Of a DNA stretch of 64,000 nucleotides, positions 26,795 to 40,894 are shown piece by piece. The notes under the pieces are model-generated. The model was not told where the DNA came from. It ran no database searches and was given only the letters and a program-made list of their open reading frames with translations. Position 1 is the stretch's first letter; each line of letters opens with the position of its first letter. Position numbers and translations under genes: made by a program. The stretch is from Eledone cirrhosa. Its lineage: Eukaryota. Where the stretch lies: NCBI GenBank assembly GCA_964016885.1, contig OZ024752.1, forward strand, positions 10,416,001 to 10,480,000, written 5' to 3'.

Positions 26795-27599
26795 GTTATT
26801 TATTAAAATAACAGATTAAAGTTTAAGCAAATAATCGCTGATTTCACCCTTAAAGGGATCTAGAGAGTTAAATAGTTCAATGAGACACCAGACAGATGTA
26901 AAACAATCTTAGTTTCACGCTTTGCATTGAAAAGAGGAAGGATATGTGGACGTTTCGGTTTTAAGCCCTTCTTCGGTGGTATAAAGTGGAGACAGGATCA
27001 CAAAAGAGAAAAAGAACACAGGTTTGAGTAAAGTAAAAAGATTCGAAAACAAGAGAAACCGTTAGATAGTCTTGGTTACAATTTAGAACGTAATGTGAAC
27101 TGTGTGTATTAATGTCATTATATGTGTGAGAGTAAGTGTATGTGTAAACGTGTGTGGTTTTTAAAAGTATATTGTGTAAAGCATAAAAGTGTGTATATGC
27201 GTATATACATGATGTAGTTAGTATTGAATGTGGCCGAGTTCTTACCGTTTCATCATCTAGTTCCAAATTCTGGGACTAGTTGTTGAAACGGCAAGAGCTC
27301 AACCTATGCGTCCCGCCTCTTTATAATATAACCATACTCTACTACTATCAGTATCGAGTACTCTGTTGAGTAATGGCCTAACTAGTTTTAAGAGTGGATC
27401 CAACCTGATTTATGTATATATATATAATTTTAAAAGAAACATGCGCTTTACGTCATTAAAATTCCCCAAATATTTCCTCTGTCACTAATCAGAGAATCGA
27501 TTTAAATATTTAAAAATCAGCTTTATCCATGGCTCAAACTTCAAAGAGTTCAGGATATTGGCTTATGAAAGCTAGTTGATAATCGATCAATTGATTATA

Positions 27600-28480
27600 T
27601 GTGAAAGCATCCGAGGAAGCTTCTTATTTTTTGATAATAAATGTTTGCATTATTATTATGCAAATCTAGTGATGTTGAAAACAATGGTGTCATGGGAGAT
27701 TTTAATGGATATATTTCGCAGAGTTTTGCATATTCTGGTACACGTTAAACCTTGGCGTATGTCACAAGCAACAGAAATATGAGTTAGAACTGTTATAGTC
27801 CCTATAGACTGATTAATTATTAATCAGGTGCGTTATATAATTAGGGGATGTAACACAAATGGGATTGTTGGGATTCATAATATAGGGATAGTAGAAATGC
27901 CTGTGGAATAAATACCAAGATATCATTCGATGTATATAATAAAGACTCGGCATAGTCTTCTTTGGGATGAACTCCAGAAAGCAGTATAGACTGTAGGCAT
28001 TCAATCATGTCCTCCCTACTTTGCTTGTAAAATTTTCAATGGACTCATTATTGTCCAGGGTAACGAGACATATCGATGGCGCCAAAACACTCTGGATCGT
28101 TTTGAACAGTGGGATACCGGGACCAGACAATACGAAAACGTTCCCGACAACCAGTTTAAGAATGTAATGGCAGCAGATCAACTCTTCAGAGCTCTTTAAA
28201 TTTGCATATTGGCTCCTTGCTGCATGCCGGCGTTACTGGTAGTTGTGTCTTAGGATATACTAATTATTCTTTCCTCAATTCTGAGTCGTTGAACTTCATT
28301 GAAAATGACTTCAGCACTTTTTTGTCACATTCTCTCTTTTCGCAATAGGTGAGCCAAAGAAATCCTCCGTTACTTTTCCTCTATCTAAAACAGCAATCCG
28401 ATCTTCCATCTCAGCGGAGTACAAGACCTGGTACAAGCCATGGAAACCAGCGTGTTTACTGCTCGATAACAAAATCAGCA
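27600..28480 (-). pseudogene. Highly decayed CR1/L2/Jockey-type RT fragment
   Basis: Minus-strand remnants SGPGIP..VLAP (cf. GPDGIP..ELAP), FIPK, NPNNPICVTS (cf. P-NYRPI-LTS) and VACDI (cf. VALDISKAFD). Confidence 0.5.
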
Positions 28481-29854
28481 CTGAACCACGAATACAACGA
28501 ACCTTGTATTACAGCATTATTGTTTAGTCATTATATTGCTGAATTATGAAAACAAATATAGAAAAAACAATCCTCATCATCGTGATATCAAATACATGTT
28601 TGAAGGAACAATGGAAACAAATCACAGATGTAAAATTATTTGTACAAACTTAGTTTAAGTTTATGGTTCATTTCATGTTCATGCAGGTTCATATAAACGG
28701 TAGCAATATCTCCTGCATGTCGACTAAACGGGAAATAAATGTAGCCTGGTTACAATCAATAAGTGTTGAGGAGAATCTATTTCATATTTTTATATATTTA
28801 TTTTATTGATTTATTTTATTTTTTATGTTATTCATTTCATTTTATTTATTTACTTATTATCTTTTTTTATGGAAAACGTTTAAAAAAAATCACGAAAGTG
28901 TACAACCCATCAATACAATCGTATCTACTAGTTACCGCCTGTGAAGCTTTTATGTGAAATGAATTCAGGTGCAATCTACACGGGTTGGTTACAACTAAAA
29001 TCATTTCCCCCTTAAAATATGAGAAACACTACTGTACATCGTACTATACAGCACTTGCATTTTCGTCTTAAACAAAGATCCTCAACGTATATTTGTAATG
29101 ATCAACTACTCAATTATAAAGTTATAGATCATATGTGAGTAATATTCTATCCTATTACAAAAATTCGAAATGTTCTGAGCGTCACATTAAGCAACCCAGT
29201 AGTCTAACCCAACGATATGTTTCACGTGTTGCTTACACTAGACATACTAGGTTATCACTCTCATAAAATGTCTCCATTCTACGTCGCACACACTATGAAA
29301 CAATTTAAATGATATTCTACTGGGCTGTTTCTGTAGACAAAATGTCAACTGTTAGCAATTAGATTTAAACATATACACTGCTAGATTTATGATGGTATAT
29401 TACAAGATGACTTAAAACAGCTATAAAGTATGTCAAATATCTTTGGTTTCTTAAACACTTCATTAATATTTGTCGGATTCTTCAATATATGCCTACCATA
29501 TGCCTCAAATATACAAATAAGCGCGATTTATTTTCCGTCTAGGAAGGACTATTCCGGTGGGAATTAGTAATCATTTGTATGGTTACTAACGCAATTAGGG
29601 TGGTGGATTGGCAGAATCGGTAGAGCGTCAAATACCATGATTTGCAACATACATTTACGACACTTTACGTTCTGAGTTCCATTGTATTCTTGAGCCTCTA
29701 CTTGAGTCACTGCTTGCTACACTCTAGTTGAATCCAGTTCTTTCTTGCTAACTTGTAGCTGGGTATTACCTAAACAACCTTATTTCTCTCAACTAATTTG
29801 AAGTACGATTTGGTTATTGGTGACATGTATTATGTTTTACCGCTTTATCCGTGT

Positions 29855-30045
29855 CGGGTAAAACCAACCGACAGGAAACCCTGAGCTAGAACCCAATTAA
29901 GATGGTTCAACAACATCATTGAGCGTAGCTGGTCTCGCTTGGGGATCCAGACGGATCAGCTGGTTACGGTTGCTTCTGAGAGGGCCTCCTGGAATGTTTG
30001 TTTGAGGAATGTGCCTCTACGACCCTGTCATGAATAAGTGGGCCG
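29855..30045 (+). mobile_element. RTE LINE 3' fragment (second family)
   Basis: KPTDRKP*ARTQLRWFNNIIERSWSRLGIQTDQLVTVASERASW...PLRP, cf. KP-GKRPRGRP-TRW...WSRLGI...PPRP. Confidence 0.65.
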
Positions 30046-30184
30046 AGAAGTTCTGTGTAGCTATTCAACACTAGTAGATTCGATAAAGAAATGCTATATG
30101 TAAACAAAAACCTTCCAAAATTAGCTACATGTTATCAACTTAAGCTTAAAGGCCACAGTCGGTCAAGAATAATCATCGTTTTGC

Positions 30185-30485
30185 ACCTAGTAATCTTCCC
30201 TCCGAGACATAAGCCAGGGCAAAGTTTGTTTTTGTGGAAAACCAGGAGTCACCCATGTACACCAGTGTCCCCTCTCCACCACCGATTTTGTCCAAGGGAA
30301 AGGCAATGACCGATACAGCTTGGCACCAGTGACGTCGCAACTCATGTCTACAGATGAGTAAACTGGAACAACATGAAATAAAGTGTCTTGCTCAAGGACA
30401 CAATGTATCACTCGGTCCGAGAATCGACATCACAACCTCACAATTGCAAACCCAATGCTCTAACCACTAAGCCCTTCGCCTTCAA
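30185..30485 (-). mobile_element. SINE family 2
   Basis: Reverse complement has the tRNA head gcttagtggttagagcattggg and the core tgtccttgagcaagacactttatttcatg. Confidence 0.75.
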
Positions 30486-31064
30486 AACATTATTACTACA
30501 CTCATGTTATATAGAATATAGCATATTTTGTTCACTGATATAGGAACAGACTAGTCAGTAGCTATTTGTTCAGCATTCAACCCTGCAAAGATAATAATTT
30601 ATTATGTCCCTAGTTACAAATTTTACACATAAAATAATTGATTTCGTGGAGAGATGTAAAAACCAGAATGGAACCGATCATATTTTCCAAACTTCCGTCA
30701 CTTGAAAAACATGATGGAACGTAACCCGTCGCTATATCAAAGTGACATTTTCTACTTTGTTATATCTTTCATTTTTATAAGGTAACCAGAACTGATGAAA
30801 CATTATGTAAAGAGGAAAAAATCATTATTATTATTATTATTATATAAGAGTACTTCCTTTTTAGGATTTTACTTGGATTTTTATATATAAAAAGTGATGA
30901 ACATCATTAATTTTTGTAAAATCATGCAGAATAAGAGGGGGGAAAAGCACTTAACTTTCAAGGTTGTCATTTCCTGTACGTATATACGTATATGTGTAAA
31001 AATATAATACATAATGCATACAGATATGCATGCATACATATATAAATACATACACATATGCATG

Positions 31065-31778
<714 letters not shown>

Positions 31779-31781
<3 letters not shown>

Positions 31782-32601
31782 ACTCATACTGAAACCTTGT
31801 AATTAACAAGCTCAAAGTATAAATACTTAGCATTATAACAATAATATATAGTAATAAACACAGTAAATCGTGTGTCTAATATTACGAGGGTTGAAAACCA
31901 CATTTGTTTGAAATATTTAACCATTATAATGCTTAGTATTTATATTCTGAGCTTCTTAATTGCATGGTTTCAGTATGAGTTATTAACTCTACCTTTTATT
32001 TATATTTCGGCTCCCTTCCTCGGTGATATAAGTTTATAAGTGGTGTGCATTAGGCTATTACATCTAGCCAATCCACTCACGCCCCTTTTGACTCACAGCG
32101 CACGAGGTGAAATATTCATTTCTGTGACTGTTAGCATAAGGTGTTTGTCGTATTTAATCTGATTCTCTCGCCGATGATGCCCAAGGATTATCTGTTACAA
32201 ACACACTCAGGGCGAAACAGATTAATCCCTAATCTGTCCGGGGGATGTGATAGTTATTGAGGTGGTCTGTATATATTTATCTTATGTATTTTCTGTCTGC
32301 TTCATGGTTAAATATTTCAAACAAATGTGGTTTTCAACGCTCGTAATTTTAAACACACGATTTACTGTGTTTATTGCTACATATATTATTATTATAATGC
32401 TCAGTATTTATACTTTGAGCTTGGGTAATTGCAGGGTTTCAGTATGAGTTATTAACTCTACCTGTTATTTATATTTCGGATCCCTTCCTAGGTGAGCTTA
32501 TAAGTTGTGTGCATTAGGCTATTACTTCTAGCCAATCGATTCACGCCACTTTTGACTTACAGCGCACGAGGTGATATATTAATTCCTATGACCGTTAACA
32601 T
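31779..32601 (+). mobile_element. HHR-bearing non-coding unit with direct and inverted partial copies (PLE pseudo-LTR or retrozyme-like)
   Basis: 31923-32138 repeats directly at 32391-32601; 31779-31923 is the reverse complement of 32305-32453; HHR at 32164-32245. Confidence 0.75.
32164..32245 (+). ncRNA. Type I hammerhead motif (CCGAUGA core)
   Basis: tctctcg CCGATGA t-gccc...gggc GAAA cagatta-atccc-taatctg TC cggggga; 7-bp stem I and 8-bp stem III. Confidence 0.7.
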
Positions 32602-32942
32602 GTGACTGTGACCAATGCATGCAAGCTTTCTCTTCTTCCGTCTGTGTGCCCTCATATGCCTCTATGCCTTCCCCCTCGCTTTTGTTAATTATTTTTAAAG
32701 TATTTTTGAGTATATTTGTTATTGCCTTGACTGATTTCATGTACCTTCACATGCATTTATCTCTTGTGTGATTATTTTATTTTACCTTATGTTTCTTATT
32801 TTGACTAAGAACTCTATTATGTATCATCCCATCCTTCTCATCTCTATTCTCCCTATTATCCTATTATCCTACCATATATCTATTGTTTTTTTGTGATATG
32901 GGTCGTTAGAGCTTACTTTCATTAGTGTATTTTTGTTTTCAA

Positions 32943-32989
32943 CGCTCTGAAGAGTCCTGCTCCGTGGTATGGATGAAACATTGTCAGCG
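32943..32989 (+). ncRNA. Minimal type I hammerhead ribozyme motif (intact)
   Basis: cgct CTGAAGA gtcc...ggat GAAAC att GTC agcg, followed by aataaa. Confidence 0.8.
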
Positions 32990-33037
32990 AATAAAGATTG
33001 ATTGATGATATAAGCACTCTTTGTTTTCTTTTCCTAA

Positions 33038-33069
<32 letters not shown>

Positions 33070-33423
33070 GTGTATATGTATATATATATATATATATATA
33101 CATGAGCGTATATATATATATATATATAAATATAGACATGTGCATATAAATATATATATATAAACGTGTATATATATATATATATGTATGAACATGTGTA
33201 TATGTATATATATAGATATATATATATATATTAATAATATAAATATATACATACATATATATATATAAATATATACATATGTATATATAAATATATACAT
33301 ATATATAAATATATACATACATACATATATAAGTATATAATACATACATATATAAATATATACATACATATATATGTGTATATATATGTGTGTTTATATA
33401 CATATTTTGCGTTAGTTGTGACG

Positions 33424-33467
<44 letters not shown>

Positions 33468-33809
33468 GGTTTTATAGTAATTGTTGAACATACGGGCGGT
33501 GAAAGGAAGCGCCACTTATAAATCAAAATTGATATGTTTATTTTTACGTATATCTACGTATGGCAATGATTCTTGATATCTTTTCACACACGAGCACACG
33601 TTATATTCTTCTTATATCTTAAATATTTTCCTATCTTTTTACTACAAACATAATCGAAATATGAGATGTAATCAATAAAAATTAAAGCAATAATGAAAAA
33701 GACGAGAGAAAAAATATGACACAAACATATTTAAGTTGAAAGGAAAATAACAGAAGAAAACACACACACCTACACACACATATATATATATATACATACA
33801 TACGTAGGC

Positions 33810-33864
<55 letters not shown>

Positions 33865-34281
33865 TATATAAATATATAAAATTGAATAAAGCAATTTTTA
33901 ACAAAACAAATGAACAATGGGTAATTATGTGAGTTCGTACATACACACACACACATAAATATGTGTATGGGTATATATATATATATATATGTATATATAT
34001 AGACACAGAAATTGTCCAACATTGTGTCTGTGTGGATATCAATATCACTTGATGCAAATACACAAAAGAAACATACATAAACACACACACATATCTATAG
34101 TTATATATTTATTTATATATATATGTATATATGAAATATACATATATTTATGTACGTATATATAAAATATACATATATGTATGTAAGTATATATAAAATA
34201 TATATATATATATATATATATATTTATGTATGTATATATAAAATATATATATAAATATATTTATGTATGTATATATGAAAT

Positions 34282-34324
<43 letters not shown>

Positions 34325-34430
34325 GTATGTATATAAAAAATAATATATGTATTTATATATGTATATAAAAAATAATATATGTTTATATGTATGTATATAT
34401 GAATATATATATATATATATATATATTTAT
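33038..34430. repeat. Several compound (TA)n-rich microsatellite tracts
   Basis: Tracts at 33038-33462, 33770-33880 and 34080-34430. Confidence 0.9.
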
Positions 34431-34890
34431 AAATGTCTGTAGCAATAGACGTATCTCTGACTATCTGTCGTTTCATATGGGCACGCATCTACTTGGAACA
34501 TTGATTATAATTGATCAGAAGGTTTGATGTATTTGCTAGCATTGTGTGATGGTATTTACAGCTAATAAAGTCCTAGTTAGCAGATAATTTAACTTCAATA
34601 TTCATACATCCTTTTATATATTTCCCAATATACTCTTTCATCATCTATTATCCAATATGTCAACATTTGTAAACCAATGAGAAAAAATTAAAATAAGACA
34701 TAATGTAAAGAAAGACGGAATAAACGAAATAAAAACAAATACAACGAAAGAATATAACGAAAACAAAAATATAAGGTGATAAATTTTGATTAGATGATAT
34801 CGTTTCAGAAGCCATAAATCATTAAATTCAAAACGGAGTGATATCGTATACACCATAGTTCTTAGTATGTTTTGCACAGATACATATATA

Positions 34891-35702
34891 CGAGGTGTGT
34901 CAGAAAAGTTCCAGGACTGATATCACAAAAGATTTATTTCAATCCCAAACTTCACACTAAGAGTGGTCTCCTTCAAAGTAATCCCCCTGGAGTCTAATGC
35001 ACTTTTCCATCCTTTTCTGCCACGCTTGCATGGACTCCTGGAAGGATTCTTCCGGGATCCTCTGCAGTTCCGTCGTCACAGCCTTTTTGAAGTCGTCCAC
35101 GTTTTCAAAACGGGTCCCATCCAGGTGGTACTTGAAGATCCATGACTCATCACCGGTGATGACTGTCCCTAGCAAGTCTGGTTCGGTTTCAAGGCGCTTG
35201 CATGCGTCGACCCTTCTGGTCATCGTTCAACAGTTTTGGCGCCATCTTCGCGCAGACTTTCCGCATGTCCAAATCTTCAGTGAGAATATTCCAGACGCTG
35301 TCCCGATTCATGCCCAGCTTATTTGCCATCAGTCGAACAGTCAGCCGACAATCGCTACGCACCATCTGCCTGACGCTCTCAACGTTGACCTCAGTCCTGG
35401 TTGTTGAGGGTCTTCCGCTCCTGGGGTCATCTTCCAGGTCCTCGCGTCCTTCTTTAAACCTCTTGCACCACTCAAAAACACGTGAGCGTGACATCGTCTC
35501 ATCTCCATACACTTGCTTGACGTCCTGAAACAAGGAAAATGTATATAAAATTATGATTTAAAAAGTTTGATCGCTACAGAGAGCTAAGATTACAGTTACT
35601 TACTCCAGGGGGATTACTTTGAGGGAGAAAACTCTTAGTGTGAAGTTTGGGTTTGAGATACATCTTTTGTGACATCAGTCCTGGAACTTTTCTGACACAC
35701 CT

Positions 35703-35704
<2 letters not shown>
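34891..35704 (-). mobile_element. Internally deleted mariner transposon (irritans/Hsmar2-like termini)
   Basis: TA-flanked TIRs cgaggtgtgtcagaaaagttccaggactga; transposase remnants YGDETMSRSRVFEWCKRFKEGRE..DDPRSGRPST (HTH), KVCAKMAPKLL, ITGDESWI, then a jump to ..W-KRMEKCI-LQGDYFEG. Confidence 0.92.
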
Positions 35705-35753
<49 letters not shown>

Positions 35754-35790
35754 TCAAAATATTAATAAATATAGACATTCATGTAATCAA

Positions 35791-35862
35791 ATATATTTTA
35801 TTATATATATTTCGGAGGTACTGTGCTGTTTCCTCGATACGTCCTCATCAGATAAAATATAT
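35791..35862 (-). ncRNA. Type I hammerhead ribozyme motif (intact)
   Basis: Minus strand: atatattttat CTGATGA ggacgta...tacctcc GAAA tatata TA ataaaatatat; perfect 11-bp stem I. Confidence 0.8.
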
Positions 35863-36019
35863 AAATTGATGTATGACATACCTCAACTGTGCTCATGGTT
35901 CAATTCCAGTCTTGGCAGTTATATATATATATATAAGTTTATCCCGGGTTCAATCGGGGGTAACCACAGTAAGTAAGGTACTCAATAATAAGCAGAGAAT
36001 ATATATTTAATATAGGAAG

Positions 36020-36068
36020 GCTTCTACACGTCTAGAACTGTTTCATTCTGGAGAAATCATCAGGAAAC
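36020..36068 (-). ncRNA. Type I hammerhead motif (near intact)
   Basis: Minus strand: gtttc CTGATGA tttc-tcca-gaat GAAA cagt-tctag-ac(g)tg TA gaagc. Confidence 0.6.
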
Positions 36069-36164
36069 AATTAGGTGGTAATGAGAGAGAGATGTAAGAG
36101 GGAGCATAGAAGGATGCGTAGAGAGGGTAAAACGCGTAGGGAAAGTTAAAAAAATACTATTACC

Positions 36165-36223
<59 letters not shown>

Positions 36224-36373
36224 ATATTAATAAATTTGAAGACTAAAATCCAAAGAGGGCCCGATAAGGATAAATATACATCAGATATATAAGAACCGTA
36301 GAACAAATATTTATTAAAATAACAGATTAAAGTTTAAGCAAATATTTAATCTGTTATTTTAATAAATATATAA

Positions 36374-36435
<62 letters not shown>

Positions 36436-36772
36436 CGTTATAGTTAAATGTATAGCAAAAACGAATACTAGGCGTGAAGTATAGAAAAGGAAAGAATTTT
36501 ATCAAAAGTTCGTTCTCTAACATATGTTTCAATACAATATTAGCCTACATAATGCTGGTTGAATAATAATATTGTTATATGCCCATTCACGAACAAACTT
36601 TGCTCGTACATTTATTCATATATATATTTTTTTTCAATGTGGTCTTCCCTTGGTGGTAGGGTCCGTACCATAGCTAGAACACAATGTAATCTGATGGCGA
36701 GTAATCCAGTGAAAAGTTCTCTGTCCCGCTGAGTTAATTCCTTATTCTCTCTCACACACACACACTCACTAT

Positions 36773-36970
36773 AGGATTGGCAGTATCGGCAGAGGGTCGG
36801 ACGCCATGCGTTGACGCATAGAGTTACGGCCCTTGCCATACTAAGTTCAAATCCCACCGAGGTTAACTTTGCCTTTCATCCTTAAGGGGTCGATAAAATA
36901 AAGTACCAGTAATGCACTGGAATAATTGCTGGCCTTGTGCCAAAAGTAGAAACAATTATTATTGAAGTTG

Positions 36971-37018
<48 letters not shown>

Positions 37019-38297
37019 GGGACAGCTTCATATTAGCTGAGTGGTTAATGAGTAATCTTTGCAAACAGATGTTTTTGCGTTCCCCCCTGTTTGCCTTGAG
37101 ATTTGTGTATGTGTACTCAATACGGTTTCGGATTTAGGCACAAGGCCAACAATTTTGGCAAATGGGAATGTCAAATCGACCCAGTTCGTTACTGGAACGT
37201 TATTTCATTTCAATAGGTTTGTGTGCGCCATCCGGGTTAAAGTACCGAAAATATAAACCAATTTTCTCGTTAAAGTTATGGAAGGTTGAAAGGGCAGAAA
37301 TGATTTAACGCTCATCTTTGACTTGATTGTAATTACTACAAATACAGTATTCTATATTCACTGCAGTTACGATCGAATTTAACTTCAGTATACAGTATTA
37401 TAAGTACTAATGATATACAACAATATAGAAGCAAGTATTGGCTAAAATTATCCGGAAGGGGGTCCTGGTGTAGACCACGAAAAAGTTATTTGAATAATAT
37501 TCTAGAGTTTGTTCTCCTCTTTTGCCTGCTTTTAAAGAATGCTGCTTATACCCAGCGTGTATTTTCTCTCTTCCATCATGAAACAATTAATATTAGCTGT
37601 AGATTGTGTAAAAAGGCCACTCTCTGTGTCAGTGTGCACGGTTAAATCATAGAAACCTTCCCCATGAATACATTATTGTTAGTTATACAGTTTTTTAGTT
37701 ACTGATGAAACATGTACACATTATTTCTCCGTGGATTGGCAGTATCGGTAGAGGGTCGGACGCCATGCTTTGACGCATAGAGTTACGGCCCTTGCCATTC
37801 TGAGTTCAAATCCCGCCGAGGTTGACTTTGCCTTTCATCCTTACGGGGTCGATAAAATAAAGTACCAGTAATGCACTGGTTAATTGATGGCCTTGTGCCA
37901 ACATTAGAAACAATTATTTCTCTTATCACTGTTTCTACAGTAAGGGTTTCAATTGAAGCTTTGAGGTGCTGCTCAGCTAAATCCTGCAGTTTTTTTCAGA
38001 ACACAACATTTACTTCCTATAATACTATAGTCAACCCTCCAATCTTATTCATTGACATTTTGAATTCTACATTCAATGGCTAGATTGTTTATATTGTTGT
38101 GTGTTGGATTAGTAGAATCTGTAGAGCGCCGGATAATGTCATGTGTAGCATAGAGTTACATCCCTTTACTTTCCAAGTTCAAATCCTGCTGAGGTTAGCT
38201 TTGCCTTTCATCGTTAGGGGGGGGGGGGTCGTTGTCGATAAATACAGCACCACTAATTCCTTTAAATTGCTGGCCTTGTGACTGAAGTAAAAACAAT
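36773..38297 (+). mobile_element. Three dispersed SINE family 1 copies
   Basis: 36773-36960, 37730-37918 and 38103-38297 (degenerate), plus a - strand tail fragment at ~37120-37210. Confidence 0.8.
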
Positions 38298-40079
38298 TTT
38301 ACCGAGTCGTGGTATTTTTTCAAATTTCTGAATGTCTTTATATGCATTTGAACATAACTTGTTCTAAAATAGTTATTATATATGGCCTGCAGAAAATTAC
38401 ATTGTATTGATCGTATATATTGTATTGATTGATCGTATATATTGGCTTTATGCTTTTTATAGATTTTTTTCTCTAAACTATTTGGAAGTTTGATGAACTC
38501 AGTCGGCAGCAATCACATGATAATCCATTCCGTTGGAGTAAAGGATTGTTGTTTGCTCCTAGGTAAATTATTCTGACAGAAATCCAGCTTCGATGAATGC
38601 AAATATCCTAAATGTGCCCGGAAATATTATGAATCACAAATTATGCCTTAAGCGATTTTATTTGCAGTATCTTTGCAATGTTAGACTAGGGCAGTTATAA
38701 AACTAAGAAAAGGCTTATTTGCTCTTTATTTTTCACGCGGAATCTTTCGTCACATTCATAAGTCATAGGCAGAAGCGACTATTATTTTCTTGTTGCTGAT
38801 GTATTTAAATTATTAATGAAGTGTGGTTTCGGCTTACAGCTTCCTGACGTAGCAATAAGGGTAATGGATGCCCCCAAACATGAAATAAGCCTTTGTTTGC
38901 ATTTTCTGTGGATGAACGTGAGGTGCTGCATATTTCGTCTCAAAATCTTGTTTTTTCTTCGATGATACTCAAAATAAAGTTCTAATAACCTGAGAAAATT
39001 GGATGTGTTATATAATGTGCTTAAGTTATATCTGCCTTTCCATATGTATTTAAACCTAATCTACGAAACCTCTGAAGGCCTCTACACTAAATACTTTCTC
39101 TAAATCCCTAAAAGTCTTCCTTGGATTTGTATTAAATGTTCGCTTGACTGCAGGCTCTGATGCATGACATCGCTCATCCATATATCAAATACAATTTTAG
39201 ATTTTTCAAAAGCCTTACACTTTGAACAAGTTACCTTCTTTCTTGAAACCAAGAAGGTTTACATGACAAAAGCTTTAATTTTAACATATGTTTTTAAATA
39301 TTAATGTAGCCGTTGTAATCCACGTTAACTTTGTCAATGAAATTGGAGTATAGCGGTGGAAACACCTGATAATGTTTACTTACTCATCATGGACATATTT
39401 AGACTTTTCTACAAGCTATTTTTCCTAATATAATTTAGGTTAAAACTATCCTACCACAATTATTTCCCACTTGAATAATAATGATTTATATCAATCCTAC
39501 ACAATGTATTATCCTTTCATTCCAATCAAAAGCAGCTGTTTTCCAATTCCATCAAAATCAAAGTGACAGTCAAGATAGACAATATTTAACATTGTCTACT
39601 CATCTCAAAGTAAGCGGATAATTTACAAAATAAGATGTTCATAATGTTTCAGACTACACAAACAGTAATAATAAATGTCTACTCGTATTATTATATAGGC
39701 ATAAATGCAAATGATCTGGCCTGGCTTGTCTCTCTGATGCAATTTCACGAGTACCTACAAAGAAAGAACAACTACATTCACTTGCAACCAGCAATGGGGT
39801 GTATTAGCAAGCCATATGGAACTTTCCATTACAGATAGGTAAATTCCGCCTGAAGACACAGTTCCCCGTTAAATTACATAATATATACTAACATTACCTA
39901 ATTTCCTGCACACGGTTGTTCCACTCGAAATGCTGCCAACAGATCGGTATCTTAGAAACTGATACATCGGTCCGGGTATCTCAATGTTTTTAACCTCACG
40001 AAGTCGTCTTCACTGATTAACGTGTGAGCATTCTAATCAGTTTGATTTAAATTTTAATAATATGGACTTAATTATATTT

Positions 40080-40645
40080 CTGCGCATCGGCGTTTCCTTG
40101 AGGCTCCACCCGCTTTCCTGTCGCCGCAGTGCCAGCCGCCTTCTACGCCACGCTGCCCTCAACGAGGTAATAAAGCATGGCTTGGACGCTGCAGGCTTCC
40201 CTTCCCAGATCGATCCGGTGGGGCTGGACCGATAGGACGGCAAAAGGCCAGATGGCATGACCATCTTCCCATTCAGAGGTGGCAAACCTCTCGTCTGGGA
40301 TGCCACTTGCACCGACAATTTCTGCAGCCGCAACCTGGTGCAGTCTGCGATTAATCCGGGGTCTGCTGCATGTCGGGCTGAGGAGGCTAAACTCCTCAAA
40401 TAGCGGTCACTCTCCGACAGGTTTTCGGTTGCACCCTTGGCAGTGGAGACTTCTGGTTTCCTCGGCCCTAGGGCTACATCCCTGCTCACCACCATAGGCG
40501 CTGAGCTGGCCAGCCGCAGGTGTTAGACCCCCGAGTTGGAGTGGCTTTTCCAGAGCGTCCCCCTTGCCATCCTCCGGGGAAACGCCTTCTCCATTCTGAC
40601 CAACGGGGCTGTGTGTGGGAGGGGGGGGGCGGATCGCGTATCATT
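40080..40645 (+). mobile_element. CRE-like non-LTR retrotransposon fragment (zinc-knuckle end plus REL domain)
   Basis: LRIGVS...[70 protein letters not shown]...PLAVETSG...GNAFSIL. Confidence 0.8.
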
Positions 40646-40894
40646 CCATATTTAATTATGGTTGGTATGTGTATGTTTATGTTTTGGATGTTGACGAAGA
40701 CTAAGCTGTTATAAGAGTTAAACTTGTATTTGTGAAATTTTCTGTATATGAAAATAAGGCTTATAAAGACAAAACAAATTTTATATGTTGCCATTTTGTT
40801 ATTCTTTTATTTTACGTAAATATTCCACTATTATATTATTAGGTGAGCAAACGACCAAACTGTACCCATTCTTTTCGATAAGCTTCGTCTCATG

